Of a stretch of DNA of 63,589 nucleotides, positions 46,173-55,871 are shown piece by piece (positions within the stretch are counted from its first letter, which is position 1; the number at the start of each line of letters is the position of its first letter). Origin of the DNA: a virus (lineage: Duplodnaviria > Caudoviricetes); the IMG/VR virus record IMGVR_UViG_3300026094_000847, positions 1 to 63,589 of that record; one strand, 5' to 3'. A model generated the notes under the pieces. The model made no database searches. It saw only the letters and a program-made list of their open reading frames with translations, and was not told the origin of the DNA. Both the position numbers and the translations under genes were made by a program.

Positions 46173-47095
46173 ACATAAGATCTAAAAAAATTCCAAGCAG
46201 TGCCGTCTCTCAACTCATTAAAATTCCAATGGCTCATGCACAAGCGTTGTATCCACTGTTCACGTTCGGGCATGGCTGGATTCTCGATATTTTCTATACC
46301 TAAATTAGCAACACTTTCTGCTTGACTGTGGCCGGTTACGGGGTCAGTTATAATTACAGGAACTCCCTCAATTGCGCTGGCAACACCCGGCGAACTGTTG
46401 TATATAACTGTTGCCCATGCGCCTTTTAAATCGGTTGTAATATCTCTGCTGGTACTTAATCTAACATTTTTGTGCGCAATTCTAAGATAATTTCTAATTT
46501 TTTTATCGCCCGGATGTGCTCTTACTACGATAGGACGCTTTTTATCATACATGCGAATTTCTTGAATGGTTTTATTCATCCATTCTATCACATCGAATCC
46601 GCGCATGCTCCAGCCGCCGTTTCTTTGAAGGCAGAGAAGAATATGATCGCCTTCTTTTCTCCAAGGTTTTAAACTTAGGTTAAGATCTTTTTGAATCTGT
46701 TGCCAACGCGTTGCTGTAAAGTCTGAATCAAAATAAAATCCCGTCTTGGGAAACACACCATCAAAACTGTATCTCAAATAGCGTTTATGATTAGCAGGAT
46801 CTTTGTATAGAAAGAGATTGCTGTCAACTATCAAAGATCTCTTTCCGCGTTTTGCTTGACAATCTATCGCATTGCGTCTAACCTGTAGATGGGGTGCTTT
46901 TTTGCCATGCTCATGCACAAACCCCTGTATCAATGCCACATCAGCATCAACAACATTAGTTCCTTTGTGAGCTACAGCGTTATCGCCACAGGATCTCACG
47001 CCAGCAAGAAAGTTATCTAAAATTTGCGGTTTCTCAGGATTAGAGTTCCTTGCTGGAATACCTGCATAGTATGCAACAGCTTTAAGATAAGTCAT
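46169..47095 (-). CDS. capsule-synthesis-like glycosyltransferase (paralog 2)
   Basis: LKPWR..G.HIL, RPIVVRAHPG, YNSSPGV...IEGVP, REQW. Confidence 0.7.
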   Translation of the reverse strand: MTYLKAVAYYAGIPARNSNPEKPQILDNFLAGVRSCGDNAVAHKGTNVVDADVALIQGFVHEHGKKAPHLQVRRNAIDCQAKRGKRSLIVDSNLFLYKDPANHKRYLRYSFDGVFPKTGFYFDSDFTATRWQQIQKDLNLSLKPWRKEGDHILLCLQRNGGWSMRGFDVIEWMNKTIQEIRMYDKKRPIVVRAHPGDKKIRNYLRIAHKNVRLSTSRDITTDLKGAWATVIYNSSPGVASAIEGVPVIITDPVTGHSQAESVANLGIENIENPAMPEREQWIQRLCMSHWNFNELRDGTAWNFFRSYV

Positions 47096-48191
47096 GATAG
47101 TTTTTAAGAATTTCCAACGCCTTGCCTTCGGTTAACTCATCAAATGTAAATTGGCTGTAACTTAACATACAAAGCCATTGTGATAGGTCTCCTCTATACA
47201 GATTGTTGACATCCTCTAATTTGTTAGCAGAAACAGGATTTGTAATATGTTTTCCTAAGGTGATTACTGGTATGCCTGCCCATATAGCTTCTGTAGCACC
47301 GTTTGAGTTTATGCTAACTACACAATGATAATCTTCATTGCACAATTCTTTGTAAAGATTTTTCCTTTTTCTTTTAGGTCTTTTTTCTCTTATTATTATT
47401 TTTTTATCTGTATACTTTGATAACTCATTTTTTACGTTTTCTGCCCATCCATTAAGGTCGACGTGAAAAACTTCTGCCGCAAATGGTCCAGGTTCTAATA
47501 TTAAAATATATTTCCCGTCATCTCTCCATTTCTTAGGAAACTTTTTAAAGTTTCCTAATCTATCCACAGGCGCTTGAAAAAATTTTCCATAATGCAAATG
47601 GTTCCTAACCAAACGGTGCCATTTCTTATTAGGCTCTAGGAAATTAGTATATCCGCTGTCAATGAACCAAAACGGATAATTATTATCTATTTTAGATACT
47701 AAAAGTCCTTCATTACCTGTAGTGTTTCTTATTAGGCAGTCTTGTTTGTAGTCTTTAAATTCCTTTCTACGCATTAACGTAGCTGTCTTATCTAATTTTT
47801 TACCAGTGCTTTTAACAAAATTTCGCTTTTCTGATTGTGTATACTTTGTAAAAATAAAATCGATACCAAATTTCTCAATAAAAAATTCTATATTTTTATG
47901 CACTCGATTATAATTCTTTTCTCTTTTTTCCTGCAGGAAATTTTGCACATAAGTTAAATGTGCTCTCGTATCTCTAGCAACACACTTTGTAATCTTGTCC
48001 CACGCTTTCTTTTTTCCTAAAGGAGGGAATCTTTTGACCGGCAATCTTTTCTTATCGTGTTTTAAAGCAAAATTATCCATGTAGGCCTGCGTGGATGTCA
48101 TTGCAAAGTTAAGATCTTTTGCTTTTTTATTATAATCTAATAAACTTAAAAGAAAGTGTGCTATTTCTTTATCGTTAATAAGCAGTTTCAT
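47082..48191 (-). CDS. capsule-synthesis-like glycosyltransferase (paralog 3)
   Basis: FIDSGY, WHRLV.N, TDKKIIIR, INSNGATEA...GIP, YSQF. Confidence 0.7.
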   Translation of the reverse strand: MKLLINDKEIAHFLLSLLDYNKKAKDLNFAMTSTQAYMDNFALKHDKKRLPVKRFPPLGKKKAWDKITKCVARDTRAHLTYVQNFLQEKREKNYNRVHKNIEFFIEKFGIDFIFTKYTQSEKRNFVKSTGKKLDKTATLMRRKEFKDYKQDCLIRNTTGNEGLLVSKIDNNYPFWFIDSGYTNFLEPNKKWHRLVRNHLHYGKFFQAPVDRLGNFKKFPKKWRDDGKYILILEPGPFAAEVFHVDLNGWAENVKNELSKYTDKKIIIREKRPKRKRKNLYKELCNEDYHCVVSINSNGATEAIWAGIPVITLGKHITNPVSANKLEDVNNLYRGDLSQWLCMLSYSQFTFDELTEGKALEILKNYHDLS

Positions 48192-48946
48192 ATTTCGTAT
48201 TTTTTTATCAGGTTCCATGCTGTTCCATTTCTTATTTCATCTACACTAAATTGTCCGTAAGCTATGTTGTGACATTGCTTCTCTATTATATGTTTATCCG
48301 GAAAAAAAGGGTTTTGTAAATTATTTAGGTCAGTATTTGCAAGCGGGCTAGCGGCGCAGGGAACGCTTACAAATGCCGGAATTCCGTAAAGGACAGATTC
48401 TAGTGCTGCTATACTGTTCAAACAAACAGTTGCATATACACCGCTATCGAACGCGTCGTATATGCTGTATTCTCTATTTCTATATGTTCTCGAGCCTTTG
48501 ATTCTAACTTCAATAGGAAGATCGATTAATTCGCTTAGATGTTGTTTTGTTGCACATTTCCATTCGTTAAAGTCTATATTATAGTATCTGCAAGCTTTAG
48601 GATTAGGCATTACCATTAATATTTTTTTATTATAATGTTTTTGTCCTTTGTATATCAATCTGTTATCTGCCTCCACTAACTTATTCCATCTATCTGCAGG
48701 AACATCTCTTATCATAGAATGTTGCAAATTATTTTTAACTATTCTATGATAAAGTTTTTTGCCGGTAGGGTTTCCTTGTGCAGGAAAGTTACCAACGTAT
48801 CCAGTATCGATATAATAAAAATCTTTTTTATTTCTTATTGCTTCTTCAATTTTATCCTTTTTAATGATACCTCTTACTACAAGACTATTTGATAACTCTC
48901 CGTTTGCGGATTCAATAAACAAATTTTCTAAAGATAACTCGGCCAT
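48188..48946 (-). CDS. capsule-synthesis-like glycosyltransferase (paralog 4)
   Basis: YIDTGY, HRIVKNNLQ, LNSIAALES..GIP, AYGQF. Confidence 0.7.
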   Translation of the reverse strand: MAELSLENLFIESANGELSNSLVVRGIIKKDKIEEAIRNKKDFYYIDTGYVGNFPAQGNPTGKKLYHRIVKNNLQHSMIRDVPADRWNKLVEADNRLIYKGQKHYNKKILMVMPNPKACRYYNIDFNEWKCATKQHLSELIDLPIEVRIKGSRTYRNREYSIYDAFDSGVYATVCLNSIAALESVLYGIPAFVSVPCAASPLANTDLNNLQNPFFPDKHIIEKQCHNIAYGQFSVDEIRNGTAWNLIKKYEI

Positions 48947-49740
48947 TATTCAAAATCCATTAGTTCTTTTGCATATCCGTTTTTGAGTTCATTTGTGTGA
49001 AATTGTCCGTATGACAAATGACATGCCCATGCAAAACGTAAATCATTATCTGCATAAAACGGATTTTCTATTTTACTTAAATTAGTTTCTGCTACTGGCT
49101 TTGCGGCATGAACAGGTGACAAAACAAAAGCCGGTATGCCGTTAAAAATACTTTCGACTGCTGCATTTGAATTAAATGTCACTAGTGCAAAAACGTCATC
49201 GTTTAATGCATCAATAAAAGGTTTTTCTCGTGTTCTGGTTAATCTACTTTTTACACGCTTCCTTATTTCGATAGGTCTGTCGGTATAGGATTTTATTTTT
49301 TCGACGGTGTTGTTAATCCAATTATCATAGCTTTCGTTGTAAAACTTACAAGGCTTCTCGTCAGGACAGGCTAATAATATTTTTTTTCCGGTCTTTTTCC
49401 AGTCGTAAATTTTTTTACCTATTTTTTCAAATCTATCCGGCGGTCTTTCAATTATTCTCTCGTGCTGTAAATTATTTTTTACAATTCTATGATAGTATTT
49501 CCAGCCATTAGGATTCATAGAAGTTACTTCATTTCCAAAATATCCAGTGTCCATATAAAAGAAATCTCTTTTATTTTCCCAACATCTCTTTATTATTTTC
49601 TTTTTAAGAATGCCTCTCAAAACAATAGGATCATCAGATTCATCAAATATAAATTCTTCGGTTGGCGTAGGAACCGAGCCACATGCTTTAGCAAAATAAT
49701 TTATGTAAGGATCCTCGCCACCTTTACTTAGAAAAATCAT
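48946..49740 (-). CDS. capsule-synthesis-like glycosyltransferase (paralog 5)
   Basis: YMDTGY, HRIVKNNLQ, TDRPIEIR, FNSNAAVES..GIP, LSYGQF. Confidence 0.7.
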   Translation of the reverse strand: MIFLSKGGEDPYINYFAKACGSVPTPTEEFIFDESDDPIVLRGILKKKIIKRCWENKRDFFYMDTGYFGNEVTSMNPNGWKYYHRIVKNNLQHERIIERPPDRFEKIGKKIYDWKKTGKKILLACPDEKPCKFYNESYDNWINNTVEKIKSYTDRPIEIRKRVKSRLTRTREKPFIDALNDDVFALVTFNSNAAVESIFNGIPAFVLSPVHAAKPVAETNLSKIENPFYADNDLRFAWACHLSYGQFHTNELKNGYAKELMDFE

Positions 49741-49746
49741 ATGCTT

Positions 49747-51270
49747 TCAATGAAACTGTGCATAATAATCAAAACTATTAGGAAAACTTTCGATAATATT
49801 TCGTCTATTATCTAAATAGGGTTGCATTTTGCAATCTAATGACTTTAAAACATCAGGATCTTTATATCCCCAGAAATCCAAATGGCTTGTCTTGAAATTA
49901 GTAAATGGATTAATTTTATGCCCTGCTAACATATACAGATGCGCTCCTAATTGAGGCCAATTAAGTAAGTCAGGCAAATCGTAAATCGATGCTGTCCTTA
50001 ACTCGTATATTTGTCTCATAACTGGACTATCTGTAAAATCTTGTTTAAGAATATCCTGCCAATATTTACTGTCGATCCTATTTGTCATGGCATAATGTAT
50101 GGTTATAAAATCTGCAAAATACAAAAATTGTTCTCTGCAGGCATGGTTAAAAGTATGTGCATCAAAATTATTCAAAATATCTTTACCTTCACAGATGTTA
50201 ATAAAATGTATAAGAAATTCGTGCACGCTCATTAAACCATTTGATTCTAGTGGCTCAATAAATGCACCGCTTAACCCTATGCTGATGCAGTTTTTGACCC
50301 ACATACGTTCACTCATTCCGTTGCGCATCCTAATATGCTTAAAATCCATCTGTTCATGTATTGGGCCTAAATAGGATTTAAATTCTTCTAATGCTTCCTC
50401 ATCACTGATGTATTCTCTAGCGTAATTGTAACCGGTCCCTATTCTTGCCCAATTTGGTATTTCCCAAACCCAACCGTTTTTCAAAGCAACCGAATTTGTA
50501 TATAGTTTTAATTCTTCTTTTTTATTTACATATGGTCTGCCAGCTGCCCAAGCACTATCGGTGTACGTCTTGTTATTAAACTCGCGCCACGGTTCACCCA
50601 GTGCGCCTTCTATCAATAACCTTTTAAAACCGGTGCAGTCAAAAAACACATCACCTGTAATAATTTCATTTTTTGTTTTTACGCCTGTTATAAATCCCTC
50701 TGCATCTTTTACAACTTGATTAACGTGGCCAACAATACGTTTTACACCTCTAGGAATTGAATACTCATCTCTTAGATAAGAATAAAACAAATGAGTGTCA
50801 AAATGCCAAGCAGCATCTTTCGTTATATCCCAACCATCTATTACCTGTGTAGGAACCTTATTTTTATCTAAACAGTTTGCAATAGGTGAAAGCATTTCAA
50901 CAAAGTTTTCAAATTCTACATCTGGATTATAGTTTTGATAAGCGAACCAATCAGTAACACTACAATGACGTTCGTCTAATCTTCCGAATGGGTAATGAAA
51001 CCCTTTTTTATTATTAGAATGAAAATTTTCAAAACGTATTGATAATTTATGAGTCGCGTTACATTTTGTTATTAAATCTTCGCTGGTTATTCCTAGATAA
51101 TGTAGCCAACGTCTCATTAACTGTGTTGTAGACTCGCCTACACCGACAGCAGGAACATCTGGAGATTCAACGACTGTGATACTTTTATGCGGGAAAGTTT
51201 TGATCAATGTTGCCGCTGTCATCCACCCTGCCGAGCCTCCACCTACTATTACAATATTGTTAAACTTCAT
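49747..51270 (-). CDS. tryptophan halogenase family (flavin-dependent) protein
   Basis: IVGGGSAGWMTA, GVGEST, FDCTGF, GWVWEIP, FIEPLES. Confidence 0.92.
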   Translation of the reverse strand: MKFNNIVIVGGGSAGWMTAATLIKTFPHKSITVVESPDVPAVGVGESTTQLMRRWLHYLGITSEDLITKCNATHKLSIRFENFHSNNKKGFHYPFGRLDERHCSVTDWFAYQNYNPDVEFENFVEMLSPIANCLDKNKVPTQVIDGWDITKDAAWHFDTHLFYSYLRDEYSIPRGVKRIVGHVNQVVKDAEGFITGVKTKNEIITGDVFFDCTGFKRLLIEGALGEPWREFNNKTYTDSAWAAGRPYVNKKEELKLYTNSVALKNGWVWEIPNWARIGTGYNYAREYISDEEALEEFKSYLGPIHEQMDFKHIRMRNGMSERMWVKNCISIGLSGAFIEPLESNGLMSVHEFLIHFINICEGKDILNNFDAHTFNHACREQFLYFADFITIHYAMTNRIDSKYWQDILKQDFTDSPVMRQIYELRTASIYDLPDLLNWPQLGAHLYMLAGHKINPFTNFKTSHLDFWGYKDPDVLKSLDCKMQPYLDNRRNIIESFPNSFDYYAQFH

Positions 51271-51953
51271 TTTTCATATCTCATCATATCAATCAGTTCG
51301 TTTTTCCATTCTCGGTGAAATTTGCAAAATCTATATTCTTCTTGCTCGAACCAGGGACCGCCTTCAGTATAGTGTATCAGTTTAGGTTTATCTAGATCGT
51401 TGTAAACGCCAACAAGATAATTCCATGTGTGATCTAGTTCTCCGATTTCGCCGTCATTTAGCCAACTAAATCGATGAAGATATGCGCCGTTTATTTCTGG
51501 ATTGTTAACTAACTCCTGAGTAAGAGCTCTATTGCTGGGGTGGCCACAATTAAACAGCATGACACTAGACCAATTCTTGCGCGGATATACTGTCTGTTTT
51601 TGTCCGTCCATTTTAGTGCCTTCTTTAACTTTATAATCGTGTTTAACACACATTACAGCGTATTTGTCATCGGCTTGATCAAAAAGTTCTTTGATGTCTG
51701 TTGTAAGGATCATGTCGCAATCCATAAATAGAGCCCACCCTTCGAAGTTGGCTAGTTCTGGCACTAAAAATCTTGTAAATGTAAACTCAGTGCTGGCAAG
51801 TTTATCTACAGGTCTAGTATACCAGCCTGCATCTCTCAATTCCTGTTGTTTTAATGGTCTTACATCTGCCTCTGGTTGTTTGCTTACAATGCTGTGTTTA
51901 CAAACTTGGTAAGCAATATCTTCTCTGGTATCATATCCTACGAACACTTTCAT
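51267..51953 (-). CDS. glycosyltransferase (GT8-like)
   Basis: VFVGYD.RE, STEFTFTRFLVP, FMDCDM, YPRKNWSS, HYTEGGPW. Confidence 0.85.
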   Translation of the reverse strand: MKVFVGYDTREDIAYQVCKHSIVSKQPEADVRPLKQQELRDAGWYTRPVDKLASTEFTFTRFLVPELANFEGWALFMDCDMILTTDIKELFDQADDKYAVMCVKHDYKVKEGTKMDGQKQTVYPRKNWSSVMLFNCGHPSNRALTQELVNNPEINGAYLHRFSWLNDGEIGELDHTWNYLVGVYNDLDKPKLIHYTEGGPWFEQEEYRFCKFHREWKNELIDMMRYEK

Positions 51954-52725
51954 AATTTCTTCTCTCTATGTCTTCCTCTATGCATTCGTCGCCTGTTTGA
52001 ATTTCCAAAACGTGAGCTGGTACTGTTTCAGGATTACTAGCACAATGCCAAACACCCTTGCCGATATTATATGGTAAGCTTTCTAATCTTAGATGTGCTG
52101 TGTCGAATCTCTCTTTGTATTCTGTCTCTATTTTAACAACGCCTTCTAGAATAATCCATTGTTCGTCGCGCTTAAAGTGTCTTTGGTCGCTTAGCCTCTT
52201 GCCCGGATATATTACAAGTTCTTTGACTTTATATCCCTTGTCTGGTTTGTCGTCTAGCACCCTCCAATAGCCCCACGATCTTTCTGTTTTCTGAGTTTTC
52301 CACTCGTCCAGTATCCAACTTGAAGAATTTGCTTTCTTATCGCCGCCAATTCCATATGCAAATGTTACTCGAGCATGATTAGAAAACCTATCTTCTTCTG
52401 GCACATTACCTTGCTTCCTATCCCCGCCGTTTGCAAATATTATAGGATCATTTGTTTTCCAAAAGTTTATAGTCTGTTTGATAGCATCGCAAGCAGTATC
52501 GTCAGAATCGTCGAAGTCAATTACATGATCAACATCAGCTAACGCATTAATAATAGCTTTGCGATCTTTGGCTGGCATGAAGGGTCTGCCTTTTTTACGT
52601 GCTAACCAGCTGTCCGAATTTACCCCCACAACTAGATAATCACCAAGGGACTTAGCAGATTTAAAGTATGAGATATGGCCTATATGAAGAGGGTCGAACC
52701 CACCTGTAACTAACACAATTTTCAT
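51931..52725 (-). CDS. cytidylyltransferase fused to cupin (mannose-6-P isomerase type II-like)
   Basis: TGGFDPLHIGH, FANGGDR, NSSSWIL; C-terminal ERSWG..LS.QRH..R.E.W, EIQ.G....EDIER. Confidence 0.85.
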   Translation of the reverse strand: MKIVLVTGGFDPLHIGHISYFKSAKSLGDYLVVGVNSDSWLARKKGRPFMPAKDRKAIINALADVDHVIDFDDSDDTACDAIKQTINFWKTNDPIIFANGGDRKQGNVPEEDRFSNHARVTFAYGIGGDKKANSSSWILDEWKTQKTERSWGYWRVLDDKPDKGYKVKELVIYPGKRLSDQRHFKRDEQWIILEGVVKIETEYKERFDTAHLRLESLPYNIGKGVWHCASNPETVPAHVLEIQTGDECIEEDIERRNYESVRRI

Positions 52726-52762
52726 CAGGGTATTTATGCATTAATATAATCATCACAGCAAC

Positions 52763-53356
52763 TTAAGATTTCAGCATCAATACTGTGTCTTGTCGCTCTT
52801 TGCTAGACTTATATCCAATGCTGTGATACTTTTTTAAGACGGATTCTACATGTGTAGTGTTAGATAAACTATTTGTTTCGAATTTTATTTTCATTGGATA
52901 TAAACTAGGTTTATCCAAAATAAAATCATAATACTGATCTAGAATACAACAGTCGCCGCCTTCGGTATCTATTTTTAGATATGCAAGATGTTCAATATGA
53001 AATAAATCATACAGTCGACCTATACAAATTTGCTGGACAACATCAATAGTCACATACTTCTGTAAATTATGCTGTATATGTAATGGGTGATATTTTTTAA
53101 CACTATTACACCCTTTTAGATAATTCTTTAATCTGAACTTATCTATAATCTCTGGTTTGATGTAGTAAACATCGACAGGATCCTCTGAACCGTCCAAACT
53201 TATTACATAATTTAATTTATGAACGTTTTTAGGATTCGGCAAGTCATCTAGATATATGTTTACAGGCTCGATTGAAATTCCAAAGGTTGATTCATCTGCT
53301 TTTTCTATCAGCGTATCAAAATTACTAGTTCCTATTTCAATAAAGTCTAACTTCAT
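52763..53356 (-). CDS. FkbM-like methyltransferase
   Basis: FIEIGT, SIEPV, LKIDTEG.D, IKFE. Confidence 0.7.
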   Translation of the reverse strand: MKLDFIEIGTSNFDTLIEKADESTFGISIEPVNIYLDDLPNPKNVHKLNYVISLDGSEDPVDVYYIKPEIIDKFRLKNYLKGCNSVKKYHPLHIQHNLQKYVTIDVVQQICIGRLYDLFHIEHLAYLKIDTEGGDCCILDQYYDFILDKPSLYPMKIKFETNSLSNTTHVESVLKKYHSIGYKSSKERQDTVLMLKS

Positions 53357-53362
53357 AAGAAA

Positions 53363-53977
53363 CTATCCCTTAGGGAATCTGTCCCTATATTTTGATTTAT
53401 AGTGAATGATTCTTGCACTTGTCTGATCACGTTTGAAGAAAAAATTATTAAATGTTTTACAATCTAAAACTTTTACTTTAGCATCTAAAATATCTAAGGT
53501 TTTGTTAATATAACTGTTATTAGGAATTTTACAAATTCTATTCAAAGCATTTTGATCGCCATTTACTTCTAACGATATTTTACACCATTCATTTAAAAAA
53601 TTTATCGAGTTAGGTGTTTTTTTCCAAAAACTTACGCCACTATTTAAACTGCTCTTTCTAAATGTAACTGCTAGATCATAGTTATCTATTGCATTGTCTA
53701 CATGATACTGCATTATGCAATCTATATCTATCCATGCTAGATATTGGTCATCGTCTAACTTACTAAGTGCGTCTAAAATCACAAATGGTTTTTTTGGAAA
53801 CTTTTGTAACGATTTGCTACTTGTATTTGATTCAAATGAAATGCCAAAATCTAAGCCGCCAAGATTATAAAAAATAGGTTCGTATCCACATTTTCGAATA
53901 CTTGTTAAACAAGGATCTATAAATTTAATTAAGTTTGAATCCGATGCTACTACTATGTTAAGTATTCTTTCTGTCAT
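53363..53977 (-). CDS. nucleotide-diphospho-sugar transferase-like protein
   Basis: KP..I, WIDID, LNSGV.F, DQNALN, IIHYK. Confidence 0.7.
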   Translation of the reverse strand: MTERILNIVVASDSNLIKFIDPCLTSIRKCGYEPIFYNLGGLDFGISFESNTSSKSLQKFPKKPFVILDALSKLDDDQYLAWIDIDCIMQYHVDNAIDNYDLAVTFRKSSLNSGVSFWKKTPNSINFLNEWCKISLEVNGDQNALNRICKIPNNSYINKTLDILDAKVKVLDCKTFNNFFFKRDQTSARIIHYKSKYRDRFPKG

Positions 53978-54687
53978 TAGATTTTTTTTCGTTTTCTTGT
54001 AGGAAGTAATTTGTTTACAACATTTTCAGTAAACCAACTATTAAATTCGCCGTGTTCTTCTATAGTTTCTTTGAAGTAGGTTAATTTATTCGAAGTTACC
54101 TCCCAGCCGGGAATGTCATAAATAGGCCGGCCTACCGAAACGTGTATTCCATGAATGGGTCTTTTTGATAGTCCTTCGCTAAAAACTGCATTAGGATACG
54201 TTTCTCTTGTTATGTTATGCAAAATAGTTTCATCTTGACCTTTTATCGGCGCTTTACTTCTAGCAGATTTTGTTTCAGCATACCATTTCTCCGACTCTAC
54301 AAAATGCAATCCGGATAACCTATCTATCTTATTTGTTCTATAAATGTTACTAAAAGGTAGATTTGTCTCCTCCATATGCAATATATGAAAAGGCTGCACA
54401 TGTTCGGTATGCATTATATCAATATCGCAAATATATGTATGTTTCGTATTGGTTGTAGGTTCTACAATATATCGTAATACATCTGCTCGCCCTTTAGGTA
54501 ATTTGTGAAAAATTACGTCTTTTTGTTTTTTAAAAATCTCAGGTTGAGGAACAAATAATTCTATCTTGCAACCTGGATTGCTTTTTTTAGCAAAATAAAT
54601 AAATGGTTCTACAAAATTTAAATAATGCCCGTTGCAACAACTTAAAAATGTAAGGTCAGCAGTGTTATAATCTAAAGTATATCTCAT
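53977..54687 (-). CDS. glycosyltransferase-like hypothetical protein
   Basis: YICDIDI, FSN..R..RLSGLHF, DE..L, RP.HGIH. Confidence 0.55.
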   Translation of the reverse strand: MRYTLDYNTADLTFLSCCNGHYLNFVEPFIYFAKKSNPGCKIELFVPQPEIFKKQKDVIFHKLPKGRADVLRYIVEPTTNTKHTYICDIDIMHTEHVQPFHILHMEETNLPFSNIYRTNKIDRLSGLHFVESEKWYAETKSARSKAPIKGQDETILHNITRETYPNAVFSEGLSKRPIHGIHVSVGRPIYDIPGWEVTSNKLTYFKETIEEHGEFNSWFTENVVNKLLPTRKRKKI

Positions 54688-55217
54688 AATCTTTTTTTAC
54701 AATGTCTTAATTTAGTAAGTTCTTTATGTATCTCAAAAAAATGGGATGTGTATTTTTGTTCAACATATCTATTACAATCATGAACAAAAATATCGGTATT
54801 GGTAGTTGACAACGTATATGCTGTGTATATACTCTGCATTCTTCCAAAACTTGTTTTTTTATTTCCGGGCGGTGCGTCAACAAAAATTACGTCCCAATGT
54901 GTTTCTGTAACTTGTTTAGGTAAATCCATAACAAGTTCTTTCTGATGAGTCAAATAATAATCTGCTTTCTTAATTATTGTGTTGTATTTTACCTTAAGTG
55001 TGTCTGATGATTTTGGACTAATCCATTTTTCATCGTGCTCCAAAAATATGTTGGTGCCTTTGTTTATTGATCTCCAATATGGTGTGTCGTGGCCTGTTCC
55101 GAATACTAATAAATTAACTTTGCCTAAAAACTGGCTTATGTATTCGTATTCTACTCTAGTCATTTGGCCTTTGCCTACCAAAGACATAAGAGTATCTAAA
55201 TCATAGTGTTGCATCAT
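54684..55217 (-). CDS. DUF579-like polysaccharide O-methyltransferase
   Basis: LLVFG.GHD...W...N..T.FLE.D, WDVI.VDAP.G, GRMQSIYTA, TD.FVHD..R.VE. Confidence 0.75.
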   Translation of the reverse strand: MMQHYDLDTLMSLVGKGQMTRVEYEYISQFLGKVNLLVFGTGHDTPYWRSINKGTNIFLEHDEKWISPKSSDTLKVKYNTIIKKADYYLTHQKELVMDLPKQVTETHWDVIFVDAPPGNKKTSFGRMQSIYTAYTLSTTNTDIFVHDCNRYVEQKYTSHFFEIHKELTKLRHCKKRL

Positions 55218-55653
55218 CTAATCCAGCTGTTCTTAGTTTTACTACATTACTCAACTGCCATTGTTTGATATCAAGAGCCTTTGTAATACCTAGCCACTTG
55301 TTACGTATTAGTGCAAAGTCGTTGATAATTTTTTCAAAATCAACAATGTCGGCTTCGCCGTCAACATATTTTTCAACATCGCGACTAGACAACGCACGTT
55401 GGTAATTTTCTAGATATTTTTTAAAATGTTGACTTCTTAGACGTCGAAGTTCGATATTAAGATATTCTAATATTGCTTCAATTTCTTGTAACTGACTAAA
55501 ACGAGATTCGACCACAGCAGGCATTTCTGCTGCGGCCTTCTCGATTCGACCAGTAATCTTGGTTTCCTTTTTTGCTTCTTCTAATTCGTCATAAAAATAT
55601 TGAATAGCATTAGGAATATTCGAAATATCTTTTGTTATGCGATCATACCACAT
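55201..55653 (-). CDS. uvsY: recombination mediator UvsY-like
   Basis: Helical 150 aa next to recA; LSSRDVEKYVDGE, W...NVVKLR.AG. Confidence 0.65.
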   Translation of the reverse strand: MWYDRITKDISNIPNAIQYFYDELEEAKKETKITGRIEKAAAEMPAVVESRFSQLQEIEAILEYLNIELRRLRSQHFKKYLENYQRALSSRDVEKYVDGEADIVDFEKIINDFALIRNKWLGITKALDIKQWQLSNVVKLRTAGLDDATL

Positions 55654-55871
55654 TAATCAAAATACTCGTCCAAGCCTTCTTCGTCGTCAATTGCATACTC
55701 GATCGCTCCGTCTAAATGAGGATCGACACCTTTTAGTGCAACCAATGTTGATTCTTTAATTCCGTGATCCATTAGCACGTTAATAAAGTCAGTTGCTACA
55801 TTATCCCTCTTATCATTCGGCAGATGCTCTATTGCAACCTGCCAAAGATCGCCGATTTGCTCTTCATTCAT
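55653..55871 (-). CDS. hypothetical protein
   Basis: Operon-coupled acidic ORF. Confidence 0.6.
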   Translation of the reverse strand: MNEEQIGDLWQVAIEHLPNDKRDNVATDFINVLMDHGIKESTLVALKGVDPHLDGAIEYAIDDEEGLDEYFD

